A stretch of 64,000 nucleotides of DNA. It comes from the human T2T-CHM13v2.0 reference genome, Homo sapiens. This document shows positions 27,101 through 42,700 of this stretch, piece by piece (position 1 is the stretch's first letter; the number at the start of each line of letters is the position of its first letter). Location of the stretch: assembly GCF_009914755.1 (NCBI RefSeq), contig NC_060933.1; one strand, given 5' to 3'. The notes below the pieces were generated by a model that saw nothing but the letters and a program-made list of their open reading frames with translations, was not told the DNA's origin and made no database searches. The position numbers and the translations under genes are program-made.

Positions 27101-27760
27101 GAATGGAATGGAATGGAATGGAATCAAGTCGATTGTAATGGAATGGAATGGAATGGAATGGAATGGAATTAACCCGAATACAATGGAATGGAATGGAATG
27201 GAACGGAATGGAGTGGAATGGAATGGAATCAACCCGAGTGCAGGGGAATGGAGTGGAATGGAATGCAATGGAATGGAATCATCCGGAATGGAATGGAATG
27301 GAATGGAATGCAAAGCAATGGAATCAACTCGATTGCAATGGAATGGAATGGAATGGAAAGGAATACATTGGAATCAACCCGAGTGGAATGGAATGGAAAG
27401 GACTGGAATGGAGTGGAATGGAATGGAATGGAATGGAATGGAATCAACTCGACTGGAATGGAATGGAATGGAATGGAATGGAATGGAATTAACCCGAATA
27501 AAATGGAATGGAATGGAATGGAACGGAACGGAACGGAACGGAATGGAATGGAATGGAATGGAATGGAATGGAATGGAATGGAATGGAATGGAATCAACCC
27601 GACTGCAGGGGAATAGAATGGAATGGAATGGAATGCAATGGAATGGATTCAACTTGAATGGAATGGAAGGAATGGAATCAACACGAGTGGAAAGGCATGG
27701 ATTGGAATGGAATGGAATGGAATGAACCCGAGTACAGGGGAATGGAATAGAATGGAATGC

Positions 27761-30700
27761 AATGGAATGGAATCATCCGTAATGGAATGGAAAGGAATGG
27801 AATGGAATGGAATGGAATGGAATGGAATGGAATGGAATCAACTCGATTGCAATCGAATGGAATGGAATGGAATTAACCCGAATAGAATGGAATGGAATGG
27901 AATGGAACGGAACAGAACGGAACGGAACGGAACGGACTGGAAGGGAATGGAATGGAATTGTATGGAATGGAATGGCATGGTACGGAATAGAATGGAATGG
28001 AAAGAATTGGAATGGAATGGAATCGAATGGAATGGAATGGAATGGAATGGAATCAACCCGAGTGCAGGGGAATGTAATGGAACGGAATGCAATGGAATGG
28101 AATCATCCGGAATGGAATGGAATGGAATGGAATGGAATGGAATGGAATGGAAACAACCCGAGTGCAATGGAATGGAGTGGAATGGAATGGAATTGAATGG
28201 AACAACCCGAATGGAATGGAATGTAATGGAGAGTAAGGGAGTTGAATAGAATCAATTCGAATGTAATGGAATGGAACAGAATGGAACGGAATGGAATGGA
28301 ATGGAATGGAATGGAATGCTATGGAATGGAATCAACCCGAGTACAATGGAACGGAATGGAATGGAATGTAATGGAATGGAATGGAATGGAATGGAATGGA
28401 ATGGAATGGAATTGAATGGAATGGAATGGAATGGAATCAACCCGAGTGCAATGGAATAGAGAGGAATGGAATGGAATGGAATGGAAACTACCCGAATGGA
28501 ATGGAATGTAATGGAGTGTAAGGGAATTGAATAGAATCAATCCGAATGGAATGGAATGGAATGGAACGGAATGTAATGGAATGGAATGGAATGGAATCAA
28601 CCCGACTGCAGGGGAATGGAATGGAATGGAATGCAATGGAATGGATTCAACTTGAATGGAATGGAAAGAATGGAATCAACACGAGTGGAATGGCATGGAT
28701 TGGAATGGAATGGAATGGAATCAACCCGAGCACAGGGGAATGGAATGGAATGGAATGCAATGGAATGGAATCATCCGTAATGGAATGGAAAGGAATGGAA
28801 TGGAATGGAATGGAATGGAATGGAATGGAATCAACTCGATTGCAATCGAATGGAATGGAATGGAATTAACCCGAATAGAATGGAATGGAATGGAATGGAA
28901 CGGAACGGAATGGAATGCAATGGAATGGAATGGAATGGAACGGAACGGAACGGAATGGAATGGAATGGAATGGAATGGAATGGAATCAACGCGAGTGCAG
29001 GGGAATGGAATGGAATGGAATGCTATGGAATAGAATCTTCCGGAATGGAATGGAATGGATTGGAATGGAATGAAATGCAATGGATTCAACTCGATTGCAA
29101 TGGAATGGAATAGAATGGAATGGAATGGAATGTAATGGAATTAATCCGAATAGAATGGAATGGAATGGAATGGAACGGAATGGAACGGAATGGAATGGAA
29201 TGGAATGGAATGGAATGGTATGGAATCGATTGGAATGGTACGGAATAGAATGGAATGGAACGAATTGTAATGGAATGGAATTGAATGGAATGGAATGGAA
29301 TGGAATGGAATCAACGCGAGAGCATGGGAATGTAAAGGAAAGGAATGCAATGGAATGGAATCATCCGGAATGGAATGGAATGGAATGGAATGGAATGGAA
29401 TGGAATGGAATCAACCCGAGTGCAGGGGAATGTAATGGAACGGAATGCAATGGAATGGAATCATCCGGAATGGAATGGAATGGAATGGAATGGAATCAAC
29501 CCGAGTGCAATGGAATGGAATGGAATGGAATGGAATGGAATGGAACAACCCGAATGGAATGGAATGTAATGGAGAGTAAGGGAGTTGAAAAGAATCAATC
29601 CGAATGTAATGGAATGGAATGGAACGGAATGGAATGGAATGGAATGAAATGGAATGGAATCAACCCGAGTACAATGGAATGGAATGGAATGGAATGGAAT
29701 GGTAAGGAATGGAATGCAATGGAATGGAATCTTCCGGATTGGAATGGAATGGAATGGAATGGAATGGAATCGAATGCAATGGATTCAACTCGATTGCAAT
29801 GGAATGGAATAGAATGGAATGGAATGGAATGGAATGGAATTAAACCGAATAGAATGGAATGGAATGGAATGGAACGGAACGGAACGGAACGGAACGGAGT
29901 GGAATGGAATGGAATGGAATGGAATTCTATGGAATGGAATGGAATGGTACGGAATAGAATGGAATGGAAAGAATTGGAATGGAATGGAATGGAATGGAAT
30001 GGAATGGAATGGAATGGAATCAACCCGAGTGCAGGGTAATGTAATTGAACGGAATGCAATAGAATGGAATCATCCGGAATGGGATGGAATGGAATGGAAT
30101 GGAATGGAATGGAATGGAATCAACCCGAGTGCAATGGGATGGAGTGGATTGGAATGGAATGGAATGGAACAACCCGAATGGAATGGAATGTAATGGAGAG
30201 TAAGGGAGTTGAATAGAATCAATCCGAATGTAATGGAATGGAATGCAACGGAATGGAATGGAATGGAATGGAATGGAATGCAATGGAATGGAATCAACCC
30301 GAGTACAATGGAATGGAAAGGAATGGAATGGAATGGAATGGAATGGAATGGAATGGAATGCCTTCAAACCGAATGGAATCGAAAGGAATGGAATCAACAC
30401 GAGTGGAATGGAATGGAATGTAATGGAATGGAATGGAATGGAATGGAATGGAATAGAATGATACGGAATAGAATGGAATGGAACGAAATGGAATGGAATG
30501 GAATGGAATGGAATGGAATGGAATCGTTCCGAGTGGAATAGGAGGGAATGTATACAAGTGGAATGGAAAGGAATTGAATCAACCAGAGTGGAATGGAAGG
30601 GAATGGAATGGAATGGAAAGGAATGGAATGGAAAGGAATGGAATGGAATGGAATGGAATGGAATGGAATGGAATGGAATGGAATCAACGCGAGTGCAGGG

Positions 30701-33700
30701 GAATGGAATGGAATCGAATGGAATGGAATGGAATGGAATGGAATCAACCCGAATGCAGGGGAATGTAATGGAACGGAATGCAATGGAATGGAATCATCCG
30801 GAATGGAACGGAATGGAATGGAATGGAATCAACCCGAGTGCAATGGAATGGAGTTGAATGGAATGGAATGGAATGGAACAACCCGAATTTAATGGAATGT
30901 AATGGAGAGTAAGGGAGTTGAAAAGAATCAATCCGAATGTAATGGAATGGAATGGAACGGAATGGAATGGAATGGAATGGAATGCAATGTAATGGAATCA
31001 ACCCGAGTACAATGGAATGGAATGGAATGGAATGGAATGGAGTGGAATGGAATGGAATGGAAACTACCCGAATGGAATGGAATGTAATGGAGTGTAAGGG
31101 AATTGAATAGAATCAATCCGAATGGAATGGAATGGAATGGAACGGAATGTAATGGAATGGAATGGAATGGAATCAACCCGAGTGCAGGGGAATGGAATGG
31201 AATGGGATACAATGGAATGGAATCATCCGCAATGGAATGGAATGGAATGGAATGGAATGGAATGGAATGGAATGGAATCAACCCGAGTGCAATGGAATGG
31301 AGTGAAATGGAATGCAATGGAATGGAGACAACCAGAATGGATTGGAATATAATGGAGTGTAAGGGAATTGAATAGAATCAATCTGAATGTAATGAAATGG
31401 AATGGAACGGAATGGAATGGAATAAACCCGAGTACAATGGAATGGAATGGAATGGAATGGAATGGAATGGAATGGAATGGAATGGAATGGAATGCAATGG
31501 AATGGAATCTTCCGGAATGGAATGGAATGGAATGGAATGGAATGGAATGCAATGGATTCAACTCGATTGCAATGGAATGGAATAGAATGGAATGGAATGG
31601 AATGGAATGGAATTAAACCGAATAGAATGGAATGGAATGGAATGGAACGGAAAGGAACGGAACGGAACGGAACGGAACGGAGTGGAATGGAATGGAATGG
31701 AATTGTATGGAATGGAATGGAATGGTACAGAATAGAATGGAATGGAAAGAATTGCAATGGAATGGAATGGAATGGAATGGAATGGAATGGAATGGTATCA
31801 ACCAGAGTGCAGGGGAATGTAATGGAACGGAATGCAATCGAATGGAATCATCCGGAATGGAATGGAATGGAATGGAATGGAATCCAATGGAATCAACCCG
31901 AGTGCAATGGAATGGAGTGGAATGGAATGGAATGGAATGGAACAACCCGAATGGAATGGAATATAATGGAGAGTAAGGGAGATGAATAGAATCAATCCGA
32001 ATGTAATGGAATGGAAAGGAATGGAATGGAATGGAATGGAATGGAATGGAATGGAATGGAATGCAATGGAATGGAATCAACCCGAGTACAATGGAACGGA
32101 ATGGAATGGAATGGAATGGAATGGAATGGAATGGAATGGAATGGAATGGAATCAACCCGAGTGCAATGGAATGGAGAGGAATGGAATGGAATGGAATGGA
32201 AACTACCCGAATGGAATGGAATGTAATGGAGTGTAAGGCAATTGAATAGAATCAATCCGAATGGAATGGAATGGAATGGAACGGAATGTAATGGAATGGA
32301 ATGGAATGGAATCAACCCGAGTGCAGGGGAATGGAATGGAATGGAATGCAATGGAATGGAATCATCCGGAATGGAATGGAATGGAATACAATGGAATGGA
32401 ATGGAATGGAATGGAATGGAATGGAATGGAATGATACGGAATAGAATGGAATGGAACGAAATGGAATGGAATGGAATGGAATGGAAAGGAATGGAATGGA
32501 ATCGTTCCAAGTGGAATAGGAGGGAATGTATTCGAGTGGAATGGAAAGCAATGTAATCAACCAGAGTGTAATGGAAGGGAATGGAATGGAATGGAAACTA
32601 ATAGAATGGAATCAACCCGAGTGGAATGGAATGGAAAGGACTGGAATGGAATGGAATGGAATGGAATCAACTCGATTGTAATGGAATGGAATGGAATGGA
32701 ATGGAATGGAATGGAATGGAATTAACCCGAATTCAATGGAATGGAATGGAATGGATCGGAATGGAGTGGAATGGAATGGAATCAACCCGAGTGCAGGGGA
32801 ATGGAATGGAATGGAATGCAATGGAATGGAATCATCCGGAATGGAATGGAATGGAATGCAATGGAATGGAATGGAATGGAATCAACCAGAGTGCAATGGA
32901 ATGGAGTGAAATGGAATGGAATGGAATGGAGACAACCAGAATGGGTTGGAATAGAATGGAGTGTAAGGGAATTGAATAGAATCAATCTGAATGTAATGAA
33001 ATGGAATGGAATGGAATGGAATGGAATGAAATGGAATCAACCCCTGTGCAATCGAATGGAATCGAATGTAATGGAAAGCAATGGAATGGATTCAACTTGA
33101 ATGGAATGGAAAGAATGGAATCAACACGAGTGGAATGGCATGGATTGGAATGGAATGGAATGGAATCAACCCGAGTACAGGGGAATGGAATAGAATGGAA
33201 TGCAATGGAATGGAATCATCCGTAATGGAATGGAAAGGAATGGAATGGAATGAAATGGAATGGAATGGAATGGAATCAACTCGATTGCAATCGAATGGAA
33301 TGGAATGGAATTAACCCGAATAGAATGGAATGGAATGGAATGGAACGGAATGGAATGGAATGGAATGGAATGGAATGGAATGGAATGGAATGGAATGGAA
33401 CGGAAAGGAAGGGAATGGAATGGAATAGAATGGAATGGAATGGAATCAACGCGAGTGTAGCGGAATGGAATGGAATGGAATGCAATGGAATGGAATCTTC
33501 CGGAATGGAATGGAATGGAATCAACTCGATTGCAATCGAATGGAATGGAATGGAATTAACCCGAATAGAATGGAATGGAATGGAATGGAACGGAACGGAA
33601 TGGAATGGAATGGAATGGAATGGAATGGAATGGAATGGAACGGAAAGGAAGGGAATGGAATGGAATAGAATGGAATGGAATGGAATCAACGCGAGTGCAG

Positions 33701-36700
33701 GGGAATGGAATGGAATGGAATGCAATGGAATGGAATCTTCCGGAATGGAATGGAATGGAATGGAATGGAATGGAATCAACCCGAGTGCAATGGAATGGAG
33801 TGGAATGGAATGGAATGGAATGGAACAACCCGAATGGAATGGAATGTAACGGAGAGTAAGGGAGTTGAATAGAATCAATCCGAATGTAACGGAATGGAAT
33901 GGAACGGAATGGAATTGAATGGAATGGAATGGAATGCAATGGAATGGAATCAACCCGAGTGCAATGGAATGGAGAGGAATGGAATGGAATGGAATGGAAA
34001 CTACCCGAATGGAATGGAATGTAATGGAGTGTAAGGGAATTGAATAGAATCAATCCGAATGTAATGGAATGGAATGGAACGGAATGGAATGGAATGGAAT
34101 GGAATGGAATGGAATGGAATGGAATGCAATGGAATGCAATCAACGCGAGTGCAATCGAATGGAATCGAATGGAATGGAATGCAATGGAATGGATTCAACT
34201 TGAATGGAATGGAAAAAATGGAATCAACACGAGTGGAATGGCATGGATTGGAATGGAATGGAATGGACTCAACCCGAGTACAGGGGAATGGAATGGAATG
34301 GAATGCAATGGAATGGAATCATCCGTAATGGAATGGAAAGGAATGGAATGGAATGGAATGGAATGGAATGGAATCAACTCGATTGCAATCGAATGGAATG
34401 GAATGGAATTAACTCGAATAGAATGGAATGGAATGGAATGGAAGAGAACGGAATGGAATGGAATGGAATGGAATGGAAAGGAACGGAACGGAATGGAATG
34501 GAGTGGAATGGAATGGAATGGAATCAACGCGAGTGCAGGGGAATGGAATGGAATGGAATGCAATGGAATGGAATCTTCCGGAATGGAATGGAATGGAATG
34601 GAATGGAATGAAATGCAATGGATTCAACTCGATTGCAATGGAATGGAATAGAATGGAATGGAATGGAATGGAATGGAATTAACCCGAATACAATGGAAAG
34701 GAATGGAATGGAACGGAATGGAGTGGAATGGAATGGAATCAACCCGAGTGTAGGGGAATGGAATGGAATGGAATGCAATGGAATGGAATCATCCGGAATG
34801 GAATGGAATGGAATGCAATGGAATTGAATGGAATGGAATCAACCAGAGTGCAATGGAATGGAGTGAAATGGAATGGAATGGAATGGAGACAACAAGAATG
34901 GATTGGAATATAATGGAGTGTAAGGGAATTGAACAGAATCAATCTGAATGTAATCAAATGGAATGGAACGGAATGGAATGGAATGGAATGGAATGCAATG
35001 GAATGGAATCAACCCGAGTGCAATCGAATGGAATCGAATGGAATGGATTGCAACGGAATGGATTCAACTTGAATGGAATGGAAAGAATGGAATCAACACG
35101 AGTGGAATGGCATGGATTGGAATGAAATGGAATGTAATCAACCCGAGTACAGGGGAATGGAATGGAATGGAATGCAATGGAATGGAATCATCCGTAATGG
35201 AATGGAAAGGAATGGAATGGAATGGAATGGAATGGAATGGAATGGAATGGAATCAACTCGATTGCAATCGAATGGAATGGAATGGAATTAACCCGAATAG
35301 AATGGAATGGAATGGAATGGAACGGAACGGAACGGAACGGAATGGAATGGAATGGAATGGAACGGAAAGGAAGGGAATGGAATGGAATAGAATGGAATGG
35401 AATGGAATCAACGCGAGTGCAGGGGAATGGAATGGAATGGAATGCAATGGAATGGAATCTTCCGGAATGGAATGGAATGGAATGGAATGGAATGGAATGG
35501 AATGGAATGAACCCGAGTGCAATGGAATGGAGTGGAATGGAATGGAATGGAATGGAACAACCCGAATGGAATGGAATGGAATGGAGTGTAAGGGAGTTGA
35601 ATAGAATCAATCCGAATGTAATGGAATGGAATGGAACGGAATGGAATTGAATGGAATGGAATGGAATGCAATGGAATGGAATCAACCCGAGTGCAATGGA
35701 ATGGAAAGGAATGGAATGGAATGGAATGGAAACTACCCGAATGGAATGGAATGTAATGGAGTGTAAGGGAATTGAATAGAATCAATCCGAATGTAATGGA
35801 ATGGAATGGAACGGAATGGAATGGGATGGAATGGAATGGAATGGAATGCAATGGAATGGAATCAACCCGAGTGCAATCGAATGGAATCGAATGGAATGGA
35901 ATGCAATGGAATGGATTCAACTTGAATGAAATGGAAAGAATGGAATCAACACGAGTGGAATGGCATGGATTGGAATGGAATGGAATGGAATCAACCCGAG
36001 TACAGGGGAATGGAATGGAATGGAATGCAATGGAATGGAATCATCCGTAATGGAATGGAAAGGAATGGAATGGAATGGAATGGAATGGAATGGAATCAAC
36101 TCGATTGCAATGGAATGGAATGGAATGGAATTAACCCGAATAGAATGGAATGGAATGGAATGGAACAGAACGGAATGGAATGAAATGGAATGGAACGGAA
36201 CGGAACGGAATGGAATGGAATGGAATGGAATGGAATGGAATGGAATGGAATGGAATCAATCCGAGTGCAGGGGAAAGGAATGGAATGGAATGCAATGGAA
36301 TGGAATGGAATGGAATGGAATGGAATGGAATGGAATGGAATGGAATCAACCCGAGTAGAATGGCATGGAATGGAATGCAATGGAATGGAATGGAATGGAA
36401 TCAACTCGAGTAGAAAGGAATGGAATGGAATGGAATGGAATGGAATGAAATCAACTCGAGTGGAATGGAATGGAACGGAATGGATTGGAATGGATTGCAA
36501 TGGAATGAAATGGAATGGAATCAATCATTCCGAGTGGAATGGAAGGGAATGTAATGGAGTGGAAAGAAGGGAATGTAATCAACCCGAGTGGAATGCAAGG
36601 CAATGGAATGGAATGGAAAGGAATGGAATGGAATCAACTCGATTGCAATTGAATGGAATGTAATGGAATGGAATGGAAAGCAATGGAATGGAAAGAAATG

Positions 36701-39700
36701 GAATGGAATGGAATGCAATGGAATGGAATCAACCCGGGTGCAATCGAATGGAATCGAATGGAATGGAATGCAATGGAATGGATTCTACTTCAATGGAATG
36801 GAAAGAATGGAATCAACACGAGTGGAATGGCATGGATTGGAATGGAATGGAATGGAATCAACCCGAGTACAGGGGAATGGAATGGAATGGAATGCAATGG
36901 AATGGAATCATCCGTAATGGAATGGAAAGGAATGGAATGGAATGGAATGGAATGGAATCAACTCGATTGCAATCGAATGGAATGGAATGGAATTAACCCG
37001 AATAGAATGGAATGGAATGGAATGGAACGGAACGGAACGGAATGGAATGGAATGGAATGGAATGGAATGGAATTTAATGGAACGGAAAGGAATGGAATGG
37101 AATGGAATGGAATGGAATGGAATGGAATGGAATCAACGGGAGTGCAGGGGAATGCAATGTAATGGAATGCAATGGAATGGAATCTTCCGCAAAGGAATGG
37201 AATGGAATGGAATAAACCCGAGTGCAATGGAATGGAGTGGAATGCAATGGAATGGAATGGAACAACCCGAATGGAATCGAATGTAATGGAGAGTAAGGGA
37301 GTTGAATAGAATCAATCCGAATGTAATGGAATGGAATGGAACGGAATGGAATTGAATGGAATGGAATGGCATGCAATGGAATGGAATCAACCCGAGTGCA
37401 ATGGAATGGAGAGGAATGGAAAGGAATGGAGTAGAAACTACCCGAATGGAATGGAATGTAATGGAGTGTAAGGGAATTGAATAGAATCAATCCGAATGTA
37501 ATGGAATGGAATGGAACGGAATGGAATGGAATGGAATGGAATGGAATGGAATGGAATCTTCCGGAATGGAATGGAATGGAATGGAATGGAATGGAATGCA
37601 ATGGATTCAACTCGATTGCAATGGAATGGAATAGAATGGAATGGAATGGAATGGATTGGAATTAACCCGAATAGAATGGAATGGAATGGAATGGAACGGA
37701 ATGGAACGGAATGGAATGGAATGGAATGGAATGGAATGGTATGGAATGGAATGGAATGGTACGGAATAGAATGGAATGGAACGAATTGTAATGGAATGGA
37801 ATTGAATGGAATGGAATGGAATCAACGCGAGTGCAGGGGAGTGTAATGGAACGGAATGCAATGGAATGGAATCATCCGGAATGGAATGGAATGGAATGCA
37901 ATGGAATGGAATCAACCCGAGTGCAATGGAATGGAGTGGAATGGAATGGAATGGAATGGAACAACCCGAATGGAATGGAATGCAATGGAGAGTAAGGGAG
38001 TTGAATAGAATCAATCCGAATGTAATGGAATGGAATGCAACGGAATGGAATGGAATGGAATGGAATGGAATGCAATGGAATGGAATCAACCCGAGTACAA
38101 CGGAATGGAATGGAATGGAATGGAATGGAATGGAATGCCTTCAAACCGAATGGAATGGAAAGGAATGGAATCAACACGAGTGGAATGGAATGGAATGGAA
38201 TGATACGGAATAGAATGGAATGGAACGAAATGGAATGGAATGGAATGGAATGGAATGGAATGGAATGGAATCGTTCCGAGTGGAATAGGAGGGAATGTAT
38301 TCCAGTGGAATGGAAAGGAATGGAATCAACCAGAGTGGAATGGAAGGGAATGGAATGGAATGGAAACTAATAGAATGGAATCAACCCGAGTGGAATGGAA
38401 TGGAAAGGACTGGAATGGAATGGAATGGAATGGAATGGAATGGAATCAACTCGATTGTAATGGAATGGAATGGAATGGAATGGAATGGAATGGAATAGAA
38501 TTAACCCGAATACAATGGAATGGAATAGAATGGAACGGAATGGAGTGGAATGGAATGGAATCAACCCGAGTGCAGGGGAATGGAATGGAATGGAATGCAA
38601 TGGAATGGAATCGTCCGGACTGGAATGGAATGGAATGGAATGCAAAGCAATGGAATCAACTCGATTGCAATGGAATGGAATGGAATGGAAAGGAATACAT
38701 TGGAATCAAGCCGAGTGGAATGGAATGGAAAAGAGTGGAATGGAGTGGAATGGAATGGAATGGAATGGAATGGAATCAACTCGATTGGAATGGAATGGAA
38801 TGGAATGGAATGGAATGGATTTAACCCGAATAGAATGGAATGGAATGGAATGGAACGGAACGGAATGGAATGGAATGGAATGGAATGCAATGGAATGGAT
38901 TCAACTTGAATGGAATGGAAAGAATGGAATCAACACGAGTGGAATGGCATGGATTGGAATGGAATGGAATGGAATCAACCCGAGTACAGGGCAATGGAAT
39001 GGAATGGAATGTAATGGAATGGAATCATCCGTTATGAAATGGAAAGGAATGGAATGGAATGGAATGGAATGGAATGGAATGGAATCAACTCGATTGCAAT
39101 CGAATGGAATGGAATTGAATTGACCCGAATAGAATGGAATGTAATGGAATGGAACGGAACGGAACGGAACGGAATGGAATGGAATGGAATGGAATGGAAA
39201 GGAATGGAATGGAACGGAAAGGAATGGAATGGAATGGAATGGAATGGAATGGAATTGAATGGAATGGAATGGAACGGAACGGAACGGAATGGAATGGAAT
39301 GGAATGGAATGGAATGGAATGGAACGGAAAGGAATGGAATGGAATGGAACGGAATGGAATGGAATGGAATGGAATGGAATCAACACGAGTGCAGGGGAAT
39401 GGAATGGAATGGAATGCAATGGAATGGAATCTTCCGGAATGGAATGGAATGGAATGGAATGGAATGGAATGGAATGGAATCAACCCGAGTGCAATCGAAT
39501 GGAGTGGAATGGAATGGAATGGAATGGAACAACCCGAATGGAATGGAATGTAATGGAGAGTAAGGGAGTTGAATAGAATCAATCCGAATGTAATGGAATG
39601 GAATGCAACGGAATGGAATGGAATGGAATGGAATGGAATGCAATGGAATGGAATCAACCCGAGTGCAATGGAATGGAGAGGAATGGAATGGAATGGAATG

Positions 39701-42700
39701 GAAACTACCCCAATGGAATGGAATGGAATGGAGTGTAAGGGAATTGAATAGAATCAATCCGAATGAAATGGAATGGAATGGAACGGAATGGAATGGAATG
39801 GAATGGAATGCAATGGAATGGAATGATACGGAATAGAAAGGAATGGAACGAAATGGAATGGAATGGAATGGAATGGAATGGAATGGAATGGAATGGAATC
39901 GTTCCGAGTGGAATAGGAAGGAATGTATTCGAGTGGAATGGAAAGGAATGGATTCAACCAGAGTAGAAAGGAAGGGAATGGAATGGAATGGAAACTAATA
40001 GAATGGAATCAACCCGAGTGGAATCGAATGGAAAGGACTGGAATGGAAAGGAATGGAATGGAATGGAATGGAATGAACGCGAGTGCAGGGGAATGGAATG
40101 GAATCGAATGGAATGGAATGGAATGGAATGGAATCAACCCGAGTGCAGGAGAATGTAATGGAACGGAATGCAATGGAATGGAATCATCCGGAATGGAATG
40201 GAATGGATTGGAATAGAATCAACCCGAGTGCAATGGAATGGAGTGGAATGGAATGAAATGGAATGGAACAACCCGAATGGAATGGAATGTAATGGAGAGT
40301 AAGGGAGTTGAAAAGAATCAATCCGAAAGTAATGGAATGGAATGGAATGGAATGGAATGGAATGGAATGCAATGGAATGGAATCAACCCGAGTACAATGG
40401 AATGGAATGGAATGGAAAGGAATGGAATGGAATGGAATGCAATGGAATGGAATCTTCCGGAATGGAATGGAATGGAATGGAATGGAATGGAATGGAATGG
40501 AATGCAATGGATTCAACTCGATTGCAATGGAATGGAATAGAATGGAATGGAATGGAATGGAATGGAATGGAATGGAATTAAACCGAATAGAATGGAATGG
40601 AAATGAATGGAAGGGAACGGAACGGAACGGAACGGAACGGAGTGGAATGGAATGGAATGGAATTGTATGGAATGGAATGGCTTGGTACGGAATAGAATGG
40701 AATGGAAAGAATTGGAATGGAATGGAATGGAATGGAATGGAATGGAATGGAATGGAATGGAATCAACCTGAGTGCAATGGAATGGAGTGGAATGGAATGG
40801 AATGGAATGGAACAACCCGAATGGAATGGAATGTAATGGAGAGTAAGGGAGTTGAATAGAATCAATCCGAATGTAATGTAATGGAATGGAACGGAATGGA
40901 ATTGAATGGAATGGAATGGAATGCAATGGAATGGAATCAACCCGAGTGCAATGGAATGGAGAGGAATGGAATGGAATGGAATTGAAACTACCCGAATGGA
41001 ATGGAATGTAATGGAGTGTAAGGGAATTGAGTAGAATCAATCCGAATGGAATGGAATGGAATGGAACGGAATGTAATGGAATGGAATGGAATGGAATCAA
41101 CCCGAGTGCAGGGGAATGGAATGGAATGGAATGCAATGGAATGGAGTCATCCGTAAGGGAATGGAAAGGAATGGAATGGAATGGAATGTTACGGAATAGA
41201 ATGGAATGGAAAGAATTGTAATGGAATGGAATCGAATGGAATGGAATGGAATGCAATGGAATGAAACCGAGTGCAGGGGAATGTAATGGAACGGAATGCA
41301 GTGGAATGGAGTCATCCGTAAGGGAATGGAAAGGAATGGAATGGAATGGAATGGAATGGAATGGAATCAACTCGATTGCAATCGAATGGAATGGAACGGA
41401 ATTAACCCGAATAGAATGGAATGGAATGGAATGGAACGGAACAGAATGGAATGCAATGGAATGGAATGGAACGGAAAGGAAGGGAATGCAATGGAATAGA
41501 ATGGAATGGAATGGAATCAACGCGAGTGCAGGGGAATGGAATGGAATGGAATGCAATGGAATGGAATCTTCCGGAATGGAATGGAATGGAATGTAATGGA
41601 ATGGAATGGAATCAACCCAAGTGCAATGGAATGGAGTGGAATGGAATGGAATGGATTGGAACAACCCGAATGGAATGGAATGTAATGGAGAGTAAGGGAG
41701 TTGAATAGAATCAATCCGAATGTAATGGAATGGAATGGAACGGAATGGAATTGAATGGAATGGAATGGAATGCAATGGAATGGAATCAACCCGAGTGCAA
41801 TGGAATGGAGAGGAATGGAATGGAATGGAATGGAAACTACCCGAATGGAATGGAATGTAATGGAGTGTAAGGGAATTGAATAGAATCAATCCGAATGTAA
41901 TGTAATGGAATGGAATGGAATGGAATGGAATGGAATGGAATTAACCCGAATAGAATGGAATGGAATGCAATGGAACTGAATGGAACGGAATGGAATGGAA
42001 TGGAATGGAATGGAATGGAATGGAATGGTATGGAATGGAATGGAATGGTACGGAATAGAATGGAATGTAACGAATTGTAATGGAATGGAATTGAATGGAA
42101 TGGAATGGAATCATCGCGAGTGCAGGGGAATGTAATGGAACGGAATGCAATGGAATGGAATCATCCGGAATGGAATGGAATGGAATGGAATGGAATGGAA
42201 TGGAATGGAATCAACCCGAGTGCAATGGAATGGAGTGGAATGGAATGGAATGGAATGGAACAACCCGAATTGAATGGAATGTAATGGAGAGTAAGGGAGT
42301 TGAATAGAATCAATCCGAATGTAATGGAATGGAATGCAACGGAATGGAATTGAATGGAATGGAATGGAATGAAATGGAATGCAATCAACCCGAGTACAAT
42401 GGAATGGAATGGAATGGAATTGAATGGAATGCCTTCAAACCGAATGGAATGGAAAGGAATGGAATCAACACGAGTGGAATGGAATGGAATGGAATGGAAT
42501 GGAATGGAATGATACGGAATAGAATGGAATGGAACGAAATGCAATGGAATGGAATGGAATGGAATGGAATGGAATCGTTCCGAGTGGAATAGGAGGGAAT
42601 GTATTCGAGTGGAATGGAAAGGAATGGAATCAACCAGAGTGGAATGGATGGGAATGGAATGGAATGGAAACTGATAGAATGGAATCAACCCGAGTGGAAT

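Larger units (their letters stand above)
11345..27760 (+). repeat. Higher-order repeat copy 1 (~16.4 kb)
   Basis: ORF 11423 = 27838 = 43454 (offsets 16415 and 15616). Unique markers occur once per copy, e.g. GGACTGGAAGGG, CGAGAGCATGGG, GTATACAAGT, CCCCTGTG, CCCGGG. Boundary uncertain by ~150 bp. Confidence 0.93.
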
